A stretch of 64,000 bases of DNA, taken from a virus. The notes below the pieces were generated by a model. That model was not told the origin of the DNA. It worked only from the letters and a program-made list of their open reading frames with translations, and searched no databases. Positions 35,985-43,924 of the stretch are shown here, piece by piece. The position numbers were made by a program, and so were the translations under genes. The DNA lies in IMG/VR virus record IMGVR_UViG_3300045988_174509, one strand, 5' to 3'. How positions within the stretch are numbered: position 1 is the stretch's first letter; each line of letters begins with the position of its first letter.

Positions 35985-37280
35985 TCAAGATTGTTTCTTT
36001 GTAGACCGCCCCCTTGTATCAAACGCCGGGATATTTAATTTTCTCCTTGCTTTTCCGATAACTTGTATTGATTTGCCTGTTTTATTAGCGACTTCTTTAT
36101 CAGTCATTGTGCCCAGCAGGGATTTAATGTATTCGTCCCCTTCTATTGTTTCTTGCAAGCTTTTTTCCTCACGTAATGCCGGAACATTCAATTTCTGTCT
36201 AATTCTTCTTACTGCCTCGTCATCAATATTAAATTTTTCGGCTATTACTCTATCATAAACTTTCCCAAGCATAGATAAGAGTTTTTTACGTTGGTCCGGT
36301 GAAAATCTTTCTAAAATGCTTTTACTGAAAGGCTTAATTTTGTTCTGTTCTCTAAATTTTTTAATTACATATACGCTGTACCCTGTTTTTTTTGCAATTT
36401 TTAAATCTGATACTCTTCCCAATAAATTAAGAATTATATCCTTGTCCGCATCCTTAATGGGAGCTGGAGCAATTTTTAATTTTCTACGGTTCCGCGCTAC
36501 AACATTAAGCGATATTCCAAGCCTTTCAGCAATTTCGCTATCAGGAATTTTCCCAAGCATGGATAGCATTTCTTCGCGTTTCTCTTCGGGGATTTTAGTA
36601 TCAGATAATGATAGAATGCCCATCTTTTTTCTAATAAGCGCAATTCCTGCCTTGGAATAACCGAATTTTTTAGCAATTTCATCATCCGGGGTCTTTCCAA
36701 GCATGTTAATTAACTCTTCGGGATACTCTTTTTTCTTGTGTGGTTTATTTGGGTCTCGTGGCTGACGGGGTTTACGCGGCCCCCTATATGACTTAATCCC
36801 TAATTTCTTTCTAAGGTAGGCTACTCTGGAATTTGAGTATCCAAACTTCTTGGCACACTCCGAGTCAGGAATTTTTCCGAGCACTGCAATAAGCTCTTCA
36901 TCGTGTTGGATGCGGATTGCTTCAGGGCTGCAATACTTTTTGATACCTAATTTATAGCGTTCAGTCTGGACCGTGACGCGCGCTATTCCGAGTAGCTCGG
37001 CGATTTCCAGGTCAGGTTTTTTGCCCAACATGGACCGCATTTCTTCACGCTGTTCGTGAGAAAGAATGCGGTGAAACCTCTTTTCTCGGTATTTTTCATG
37101 CAATAACTCCATGAGCAATTGCATGTATTCAGGCGTGGGATGTGGTTTTTTAGTATTTAGCCACTTCCAAACAGCATCTTCCGTCACCCGCATCATCTGC
37201 GCGGCCCTTTTTACAGCTTGGGTAGGACTTGGGAGATTGTTGGCCGTTTGAAGCCAGTCGATAAATTCTTGTGCGGTCAT
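35985..37280 (-). CDS. Protein with ~85-aa N-terminal domain plus seven tandem ~46-aa sigma-region-4-like HTH repeats
   Basis: Seven copies of the pattern LG(K/R)xPDxEIAxKxGxSxxxVxxxRxKLxI: ELLGIARVTVQTERYKLGI, KKFGYSNSRVAYLRKKLGI, KKFGYSKAGIALIRKKMGI, ERLGISLNVVARNRRKLKI, KKTGYSVYVIKKFREQNKI, EKFNIDDEAVRRIRQKLNV, NKTGKSIQVIGKARRKLNI. Confidence 0.6.
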   Translation of the reverse strand: MTAQEFIDWLQTANNLPSPTQAVKRAAQMMRVTEDAVWKWLNTKKPHPTPEYMQLLMELLHEKYREKRFHRILSHEQREEMRSMLGKKPDLEIAELLGIARVTVQTERYKLGIKKYCSPEAIRIQHDEELIAVLGKIPDSECAKKFGYSNSRVAYLRKKLGIKSYRGPRKPRQPRDPNKPHKKKEYPEELINMLGKTPDDEIAKKFGYSKAGIALIRKKMGILSLSDTKIPEEKREEMLSMLGKIPDSEIAERLGISLNVVARNRRKLKIAPAPIKDADKDIILNLLGRVSDLKIAKKTGYSVYVIKKFREQNKIKPFSKSILERFSPDQRKKLLSMLGKVYDRVIAEKFNIDDEAVRRIRQKLNVPALREEKSLQETIEGDEYIKSLLGTMTDKEVANKTGKSIQVIGKARRKLNIPAFDTRGRSTKKQS

Positions 37281-37321
37281 GGTGAGAAAGGAGGGGCGGC
37301 AATGCCGCCCCTGGGGGTTAT

Positions 37322-37648
37322 TTAGTGAGCTTCAACGCGGGAAGCGTCCTGCGTCCAGTTGAGGTTTTCTCCTTCAATTTCTTCGCCCGTCATTTGTTCA
37401 AAGACCATGTAGATTTCAACCTTGTTCCCTTCTGCATCATAGCCGGGAGCAGACCATTCTTCCATATAACTGCCGTCTTCGTATTTGTCCGCATAGGAGC
37501 CAGGGAAAACCCTGTTGGTGTATTCCATCTGGCGCGCTGCATAGTAGGTCTTGCCTTCGAACTTGTAGCTGCCAAATTCACGTTCAAGAGCGGTCAGGTT
37601 GATTTCTTCTCCGTCTTCCGTGGTGATGATTTTGTTATCGTTCATCAT
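37322..37648 (-). CDS. Small highly acidic, Tyr-rich protein (108 aa, net charge about -15); candidate DNA-mimic/anti-restriction early protein
   Basis: 24 D/E against 9 K/R. It is the first gene downstream of the strong leftward promoter and has an AAAGGAA Shine-Dalgarno sequence. Confidence 0.45.
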   Translation of the reverse strand: MMNDNKIITTEDGEEINLTALEREFGSYKFEGKTYYAARQMEYTNRVFPGSYADKYEDGSYMEEWSAPGYDAEGNKVEIYMVFEQMTGEEIEGENLNWTQDASRVEAH

Positions 37649-37782
37649 TTTTGTAATTCCTTTCTTTCAGGTTTTATTCTTGGCAGGGCGTTGCGCCCTT
37701 GCATGATTTTTTGATAGCATTACGGAGGGTTCCGTTCAACCGATTTTTTGCAGGGAGCCGGCAAGTGATTTAAAATGAAAGG

Positions 37783-37810
37783 ATTATAATTGTGTCATAC
37801 AAGGTGTAAA
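37783..37810 (-). promoter_or_regulatory. Strong sigma70-type leftward promoter
   Basis: On the - strand: -35 TTTACA, a 16-nt spacer, then a perfect -10 TATAAT. It lies ~125 nt upstream of the acidic-protein gene. Confidence 0.55.
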
Positions 37811-38570
37811 AAAGTGTGAAAAGGTGCTTGCAATGTAAAAATCCGGCATTTGCGGCACAAAAATCCAGCGTCAAAATCAGGCATGGGGGAGTATCGTAAA
37901 AAGTACAATAAGCCATGAAGCCGGGAAACCCGGGTTCCGGGTTCCGGGTTTGGAGGATTAGGCAATAATTGAGGCAGGTGCAAAAGCAGGAATGATTCAT
38001 AAAATTTTATGGCTGGTGTCCCATATTTGAGCCGGATTCCATAAAATTTTATGGAACTTTGGACAGTTTCAGGGTGTCAGGTATAAAATTTTGTAAAAGC
38101 AGGGAGAGGCGGGTGCAGGGCGTCAGGGTAACTTAGAATCAGGGAGTCAGGGGATCAGTTTGGAGGATTAGGCAAGAATTTGAGAAGAAAGGAAGGCCCT
38201 TCTTTTCTTCTCATATCATCAACGTATCATGATATGTTGATATGTTATGATTCACAAGCAAGCCCGCAATTTATACAGGCGTATAAATATGCACCCCTGA
38301 ACCCCTGATTCCGCCCTTCCCTGCACCCCGCTTCACACGTCAAAAAATACAATAACCCCCCTATTTCCGGCTATGGAAAAATTCAAACGTAACATAATGG
38401 ATTGAATCTTAACGTCTAGCACGTTCATACTTCGCATAATATGTGTAATGCAAAATCGGAAGCACGATTCAGGCATAACAAGAAAATACATAAGAAGTTA
38501 TGAAGGAAATTACCCTGAAATTGGAAGCCGATTTCCGCCATACGGGAGGTTTACAGGGCCAGGGGTTCAA

Positions 38571-38613
38571 GGTTAGAGTGGCTCAAAGGTTCAGGGTTCG
38601 AGCAACTCTAACC
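38571..38613. other. Imperfect hairpin
   Basis: Stems ggttagagtggctc / gagcaactctaacc with one mismatch and a 15-nt loop. Confidence 0.4.
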
Positions 38614-38625
38614 CGGAATCAGGAA

Positions 38626-39100
38626 ACATACCACCACGGTTGAGGGGGCTCACGGGTTCAGCGAGTGGAGGTATAAATCTTTGGGTCGGGAATGCCCTGG
38701 AGGAACCATTTTTGGAGAAAGGGGGATGTATGGACCTAGAAGGCGGGTTTACCCCCAGTTGGGTACTCTGTACCGGACCTACCCCAAAACACAGTTTTAG
38801 GCGACCACCCTACATGAAAAAACCGTATTCTGGCATGAGCATGGTTCCCAGGCATGCGTAAAGGGCGGATACCACCACGGGGGAAGGGGTGGAACTTGGG
38901 AACCGGAAAGGGCGGGATCAGGGGTTCAGGGGGTCGGAAAAAATCGGTGAAAACGGAAAAATGGGAGGTATGGACCTAGAAGGCGGGTTTACCCTCTTTC
39001 CGCTACAGAGTACTGGACCGACCCCAAAACGCAGTTTTAGGCGACCACCCTACATGAAAAAACCGTATTCTGGCATGAGCATGGTTCCCAGGCATCCTCG
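38626..39100. repeat. Two tandem ~240-bp degenerate direct repeats
   Basis: Both copies start ATACCACCACGG. They share ggtatggacctagaaggcgggtttaccc and a 75-bp core (ccccaaaac[a/g]cagttttaggcgaccaccctacatgaaaaaaccgtattctggcatgagcatggttcccaggcat) identical except one base. Confidence 0.8.
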
Positions 39101-39298
39101 CGTGCGCATGCGCGTAGGCATGGGCATGGGCTGGCAGGGGTCGGCATACATGTCGGAAGAAAGGTCGGAAAAAGGGTCGGCATGAGCGGGGCTCGCCTAC
39201 GCATACGCGTACGTACGCGCACATGGCCCGCGTCACCCGCGCATGTGTGGGCATGTGCAGGCGTATGCGCTCGCCCGCCTCAGCGCGCCCAGGAAACT
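39100..39298. repeat. GC-rich GCATG-laden imperfect inverted-repeat block containing 4x GTCGG at exact 12-bp phasing
   Basis: cgcgtgcgcatgcgcgtaggcatgggcatgg at 39100-39130 is inverted relative to cgcctacgcatacgcgtacgtacgcgcacatgg at 39193-39225. GTCGG occurs at 39140, 39152, 39164 and 39176. Confidence 0.6.
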
Positions 39299-39400
39299 TT
39301 TATAATTCAATATTATAATAAAACCCATATATATATATATAGTATTTTTTAACTTTTTTATTTTTAGGGTTCTTGTATTGATTTTTAACGAGTTATGAAG
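39299..39400. other. AT-rich block with a (TA)7-8 run; candidate DNA-unwinding element
   Basis: Contains ttttataattcaatattataataaaacccatatatatatatatagtattttttaactttttta. Confidence 0.45.
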
Positions 39401-39495
39401 ACGGATTTTGTGAAGTGAAAAGTCAGAGCCCCTTTTCACATGCCTTGACAAAAATGGAAATATGTATGAATTTGGTCTTTTTTATACTTTAGAAA

Positions 39496-39510
39496 TTAGA
39501 ATGATTCTAA
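39496..39510. promoter_or_regulatory. 15-bp palindrome TTAGAATgATTCTAA (inverted pair of the TTAGAAT half-site)
   Basis: Arms ttagaat/attctaa are perfectly complementary. Confidence 0.5.
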
Positions 39511-39532
39511 AAACTTTTACATACTTTTTTTA

Positions 39533-39735
39533 TCGACATTTTTACGACATTTTTACGACGTTTTTTTGACCCCATTTTTGACCCCATTTTTGACCCCATT
39601 TTTGACCCCATTTTTGACCCCATTTTTGACCCCATTTTTGACCCCATTTTTGACCCCATTTTTGACCCCCTGAATCCGTGATTCCGCCCTCCCGTTCCAC
39701 CTCCATTTTTGACCCCCTGAATCCGTGATTCCGGA
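39533..39735. repeat. Iteron array: 3 x cgacattttta (11 bp), 9 x gaccccattttt (12 bp) and 2 x ccctgaatccgtgattccg (25-bp-class direct repeat)
   Basis: Direct reading. gacccc occurs at 39568, 39580, 39592, 39604, 39616, 39628, 39640, 39652 and 39664, with a tenth copy at 39711. Confidence 0.85.
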
Positions 39736-39779
39736 TACCTCCGGACCCCCGTCACCGGAAACCCCTTTTTATTTTTCTC

Positions 39780-39807
39780 TTGACAGGATTTCCGTCCGGA
39801 TTATCCT
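39780..39807 (+). promoter_or_regulatory. sigma70-type promoter for the primase gene
   Basis: -35 TTGACA at 39780-39785, a 16-nt spacer, then -10 TATCCT. The ~15-nt leader has no Shine-Dalgarno sequence. Confidence 0.45.
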
Positions 39808-39828
39808 GGCTCCACATTAATACATCCC

Positions 39829-42800
39829 ATGACACCCCTATATATCGACGACATTCATATCTCTATTGCCGCCCCATCCGCCCCGCAGTGGCTCACTGCC
39901 ATGGACGTAAACAAAAGGTTCTACCATGTCGGTCATTGCAATAATGCCTTTAATGCGGGGCTGAAGGCTATTGCCCTTGGCTGGATGAAATTTGAGGACG
40001 CAGAAGGCTTTCCGCTCACTCCCGATTTGCGCAGATGCGGCTATATGTGCGACGCCTATGCAATGGACAAGGGCGTGAAACTTCCCGCCCTCCTGCCTGA
40101 TGCCTATATAGATAGTATTTCCAAATGGCGGGAAATCTCCCCCGAGGCGGGCATCCCCAAATCCGTGCTCCCAGCCTTCGTGCCGTCAGTCTCCTTCAAT
40201 TACAAGTTCATTCGCAAATGGCAGAAGGACAACCAGGATGACCGGAAGAAGTACCTGAGCGCGAAAGCCTTGGCCGGACGCGATCCCCGGGCGTGGAGCC
40301 ATACGGGCCTGTTCTGCATTGACATTGACGCCGGGCACGACGGAAACCCTGAAGCCCCTGACGCCCTGTACGCCCAGGCCCATGCCAATGGCGCCTTCTC
40401 CCTGATGCCCGGATTCCTTTTTTCCTTTGCATCCCCGAATCAGGGAATCAAGCTGATGTTTAAAGTGGACCCGGTTCTGCTCGCGCTTCTCAATACCCCG
40501 GAAGGATGCGGAGATGCGGACCTGGAATCCCCGGAAGTATCGGGGGAAGCCCTCGCCCGGGTGCAGTCTTTGCGCGAGAAGAACCACGCCATATGCTTTT
40601 ACGCTATCGCCGCGATGGTTTCCCGCCATACCGGGCTTGCCGTGGATTTATCCTGCTCCGATCCCTGCCGCCTCCAGTTCATGTTCCGGGCCCATGCCTC
40701 CCGGTATGAGCTCAATCCCTGTCTCCTTGATTCCGAAGTCCCGGATTCCCTGCTTCCTGGGTTCAGCATCGACGGAGCCGATGCATGGAGGGAGTATGAG
40801 GAGACAGCCGCCCGCCGCGGAGCCGGAGGCTCCGCTGTGCAACCCCGGAATTTTGAGCCCGGAAAAGACAATAAGCCCGACAGTATTTTGAGGTTTGCCG
40901 ACTGGCTCAAATCCAGGGGGTGGCTGAAGGAAGCCCAGCACGTTTTGGACATGACTCCCGGACCCCGGGGCTATTATTCGTTCTGCCTCCAGTGCCGGGA
41001 TGTAAGCAGTACGCCTTCCGGACCTCGTGACTTGCTCCTGTGGCTTGACAGGGATTCCCCCGGGAGGTTCGGCTTCAAGTGCCTGCATGAATCCTGCCAG
41101 AGCCGGGCCAAGGTCAAGTACCCGTTCTGGTATCTGGCAAAGCTCTACCATGAGGAGCAGGAGGCGTTGAAGATTGCCCATGAGGCATCCAATTCCTATC
41201 AGGTGCCTGAGCCCATCCGCAAGTTCATCCGCACCAGAAGCGAGCTCTCCGAGCACAAGATCATCATTGGGAACATCGGGATGGTCCAGTCCTCCTTCAA
41301 GACTCCCGATGCCCTGCCGAACCTGTTCGAGTGGGATGAGAAGACCGGAGCCCTGCTTACTACGGCCCTGAATGTGTCGGGCTATGTGCGCCACTGCATG
41401 GGATTGTATCCCGTATATAACAAGGACCTGTGCTGTAACGAGTTCATTTCTCCGGATACGGGCATGTGCTTCCCGTTTGACGCGGTGCGCAAGGCCGTCC
41501 TCGGCTACTTCATGACCCGGTGCAACAAGGACGTGTCCAAGCAGTTTCTTTTTACCTCCCTGCATGAGGCCCAGGGCCTTTCCTATTCGCCGCTGTTTGC
41601 GCTGGGGTACTGGGAGGAGTGGGACGGAGTTCCCCGGGTGGACCAGTATATCGACCTGCTGGAGTGGGACCCGGCCCACCAGCCGCCTAAAATCTTAAAG
41701 GAGGATGGCACGCCCATGTCGGGGCAGGAGTGGAAGCGGCATGCCCTGCGCTCCTGGCTGGTGAATTGCTGGGAGCGCACCGTCTGCTCGGTGATCGGCT
41801 CGGACAAGGTGCCGACCTTCGGTGGCCGCCCCTCGCACCTGATGCCGGAAAACAAGATGATCATCCTCTGCTCGGAGACCCAGGGGGTGGGCAAGACCCA
41901 GTGGGTGAAGGGGCTGGTGGGGAGCAAGGCCCAGGAGTCGCTGGTCATTGCCGATAAGCTGGAGCAGAGCAAGGACCATGACAAGATTTCGGCCATCAAG
42001 CCGATCTTTTTCCTTGACGAGATGGAGAAGACTACGAAGAACGAGGAGATGAACTCGCATCTCAAGATGGTGCTGACCCGGAGCCACATTGACATTCGTG
42101 ATCCCTATGAGAAGGACATCATGCACAGGAAGGTGGTGACTTCCTTCATCGGGGCGACCAACGAGCCAAAGCCTTTGAGTGATGCCGATGGAAGCCGCAG
42201 GCTTGTGTTGCTTTATGTGAGGAGGCCCGCCGATAAGATGGGCAGTGTAGGCAATTGCCCCGAGCATGTGAAGGAGATGCAGTCGCTCAATGTCGCCCAG
42301 TTCTGGGCCGAGATCAAGTACCTGTCCGAAACGGCCAAGCCCGGGGAGTATGCGCTGACGCCCCAGGAGACCAATCTTGTGCATTACAACCAGACCACGG
42401 CTTTGGAGAACGGGGAGTTCAACCACCTCGTATCCTACCTCCGCTTCATTCCCTCAAACTACCCGGCGGCGGACGGGAAACAGCTCCGCAAGATGATCAA
42501 CGGGGCGTACAACGATCCGGCCAATATCATCAATTCGGTCCGCAGGTATCTCGGGGAGCGGGAGATCAAGGTCTCCTGGCGCGGGAGCAAGCAGTTCCGC
42601 CAGCATCTTCTGGCCCAGGTGCCCGAGGGGTGCTCTCCCACCTACTATACAGGCAAGCGCGGGTCTCCCCGTGTCGCCCTGTACCCGGTTATGCTTGAAT
42701 CCGAGTTCGAGCTTCTGGCCTCCGATACAGCCAGGAAATCCTGGGCTCGGGACAACCCGGAGGAGGCGGCGAAGTATTACAAGCGGATCAAGTTCGGCCT

Positions 42801-42915
42801 GGGAGATGGTTCCCTGGTTGACGTGGACCCGGCGCAGGCCGAGAAGCTGGACATCTACAAGCCCTACTATGACCAGTATATGGAGGACAGTCTGGAAAAT
42901 GAGGACGAGGAGTAA
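39829..42915 (+). CDS. Primase-polymerase (AEP/PrimPol-like) fused to a D5-like P-loop helicase (1,028 aa)
   Basis: LFCIDIDAGHDG matches the AEP hhhDhD motif. Walker A is SETQGVGKTQW and Walker B is IFFLDEMEK. Confidence 0.6.
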   Translation: MTPLYIDDIHISIAAPSAPQWLTAMDVNKRFYHVGHCNNAFNAGLKAIALGWMKFEDAEGFPLTPDLRRCGYMCDAYAMDKGVKLPALLPDAYIDSISKWREISPEAGIPKSVLPAFVPSVSFNYKFIRKWQKDNQDDRKKYLSAKALAGRDPRAWSHTGLFCIDIDAGHDGNPEAPDALYAQAHANGAFSLMPGFLFSFASPNQGIKLMFKVDPVLLALLNTPEGCGDADLESPEVSGEALARVQSLREKNHAICFYAIAAMVSRHTGLAVDLSCSDPCRLQFMFRAHASRYELNPCLLDSEVPDSLLPGFSIDGADAWREYEETAARRGAGGSAVQPRNFEPGKDNKPDSILRFADWLKSRGWLKEAQHVLDMTPGPRGYYSFCLQCRDVSSTPSGPRDLLLWLDRDSPGRFGFKCLHESCQSRAKVKYPFWYLAKLYHEEQEALKIAHEASNSYQVPEPIRKFIRTRSELSEHKIIIGNIGMVQSSFKTPDALPNLFEWDEKTGALLTTALNVSGYVRHCMGLYPVYNKDLCCNEFISPDTGMCFPFDAVRKAVLGYFMTRCNKDVSKQFLFTSLHEAQGLSYSPLFALGYWEEWDGVPRVDQYIDLLEWDPAHQPPKILKEDGTPMSGQEWKRHALRSWLVNCWERTVCSVIGSDKVPTFGGRPSHLMPENKMIILCSETQGVGKTQWVKGLVGSKAQESLVIADKLEQSKDHDKISAIKPIFFLDEMEKTTKNEEMNSHLKMVLTRSHIDIRDPYEKDIMHRKVVTSFIGATNEPKPLSDADGSRRLVLLYVRRPADKMGSVGNCPEHVKEMQSLNVAQFWAEIKYLSETAKPGEYALTPQETNLVHYNQTTALENGEFNHLVSYLRFIPSNYPAADGKQLRKMINGAYNDPANIINSVRRYLGEREIKVSWRGSKQFRQHLLAQVPEGCSPTYYTGKRGSPRVALYPVMLESEFELLASDTARKSWARDNPEEAAKYYKRIKFGLGDGSLVDVDPAQAEKLDIYKPYYDQYMEDSLENEDEE

Positions 42916-42923
42916 AAAATCTC

Positions 42924-43052
42924 TTGACATTTTCCCCTGATATTGTAGGATTCTCCTGATTTGAGGCTTTTCGGTGTCGGCTTCATGTCTTCATTCTATG
43001 TATTGGGAAAGCCCCGGAGCAGAAAGATTTGCTCCGGGGCTTTTTTTTTTTG
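42924..43052 (+). ncRNA. Short promoter-terminator unit A (weak promoter); sRNA candidate
   Basis: -35 TTGACA at 42924-42929. Terminator hairpin aaagccccggagc...gctccggggcttt followed by a T11 run at 43008-43052. Confidence 0.3.
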
Positions 43053-43234
43053 TTGACAATCTCCCTCCCCTGATGCTATGTTTCACGTTGTCGGGGCTCC
43101 GGGATGCAGGGAATCATGGACGATGAAAGACTCGTAGGAACTTGGATTCCCTTTCCCACCCGCCCCCAGCCCAAATCGCTCCCATGGTAGAGAACCCGCA
43201 TGGTTAAACGCGCCATGCGGGTTCTTTTTATTTT
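43053..43234 (+). ncRNA. Short promoter-terminator unit B; sRNA candidate
   Basis: -35 TTGACA at 43053-43058 with a -10 TATGTT-like hexamer. Terminator cccgcatgg...ccatgcggg followed by TTCTTTTTATTTT at 43195-43234. Confidence 0.35.
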
Positions 43235-43240
43235 CTTCTC

Positions 43241-43497
43241 TTGACATTCCGCCCCAAATGTGATAGATATGGCGCATGCAGTTGGGGGAAGTCCTTCCCG
43301 GGCTTCCGTCCGAGCACGCCTTCAGGTGTGCCGCCCAAAGGCTAGGAACCTGATACAGTAATGGCACTGTGGATGTTTATTCATTTCAGGTTTCGTCTCC
43401 TTTCTACTCCCGACATTTGCTGTACTGCTCAATCAGTTTTTGTTGTATTAGCATAAGAATCTCCCCTGGTTCATTCCGGGGGAGATTTTTTTCTTTA
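43241..43497 (+). ncRNA. Short promoter-terminator unit C (~215 nt); sRNA candidate
   Basis: -35 TTGACA at 43241-43246 and -10 TAGATA. Terminator atctcccctgg / ccgggggagat followed by a T7 run at 43458-43497. Confidence 0.35.
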
Positions 43498-43528
43498 CTT
43501 ATTAGCTCCATTTGGCATATTCCAGCAC

Positions 43529-43924
43529 ATGAAGTATTTAAAAACTGGATCTACTCGCAGGGTTTTTCTCATAGGGAGGCATGCTTTTAAGGTTCCCTTT
43601 GCATGGCCTGGAACCGGGAATGCTTTTTGTGGAATCTTCAGGCGGCTTCGTGATGGCCTCTTTGCAAATTGTTGTGAGATGGTTTACTCCGGAACTAGTT
43701 TCTCAGGAAATGGCGCAGGTTTTGTTTGCAATCCCGTTGTGTTTGCTCTCCCCTGGGGCCTTCTTGTAGTTCAGCGCAGGGCATTGCCTATTGATAATGA
43801 TACCTTTGATACTCTTGAGGAAGCTTGTGCGTGGAGCCCTGTGGAGTATAAGCCGGATAGTTTTGGCTTTGTGGATGGAGAGCTTGTGGCTGTAGATTAT
43901 GGGGCTGGAAGTTTTTATGATTGA
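43529..43924 (+). CDS. Hypothetical protein (131 aa)
   Basis: ORF. Confidence 0.35.
   Translation: MKYLKTGSTRRVFLIGRHAFKVPFAWPGTGNAFCGIFRRLRDGLFANCCEMVYSGTSFSGNGAGFVCNPVVFALPWGLLVVQRRALPIDNDTFDTLEEACAWSPVEYKPDSFGFVDGELVAVDYGAGSFYD

Noticed and set aside
27510-37648. Integrase or excisionase-driven prophage interpretation of the leftward block
   Set aside because: No tyrosine or serine recombinase signature (R..H..R..Y or S..R) appears in any ORF. No att-like flanking tRNA was seen. The HTH protein at 27510-27995 alone is insufficient.
38626-39100. Diversity-generating retroelement (TR/VR pair) hypothesis for the two near-identical repeats
   Set aside because: The differences are clustered in one 27-nt block and are not adenine-specific. 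No reverse transcriptase gene is present in the window, and the repeats are intergenic.
38640-39254. ORFs 38640-38861(+), 38889-39185(+), 39003-39254(-) and 39037-39222(-) inside the tandem 240-bp and GC-rich repeats
   Set aside because: They merely read through duplicated noncoding repeats. Identical peptide segments arise from the DNA duplication, and composition and context are poor. They are treated as noncoding.
39533-39735. CRISPR array
   Set aside because: The 12-bp units are contiguous with no spacers, are far shorter than CRISPR repeats, and there are no cas genes.
39507-39755. 82-aa - strand ORF (SKMGSKMGSKMG...)
   Set aside because: It is a translation of the 12-bp iteron array. 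It has low complexity and no start context, so the region is noncoding.
37650-43530. tRNA genes in noncoding regions (also 33250-33610 and 60260-60460)
   Set aside because: No GTTCGAATCC-type T-loop with a matching acceptor stem was found. The GGTTCGAGC at ~38596 lacks tRNA architecture and is part of a hairpin.
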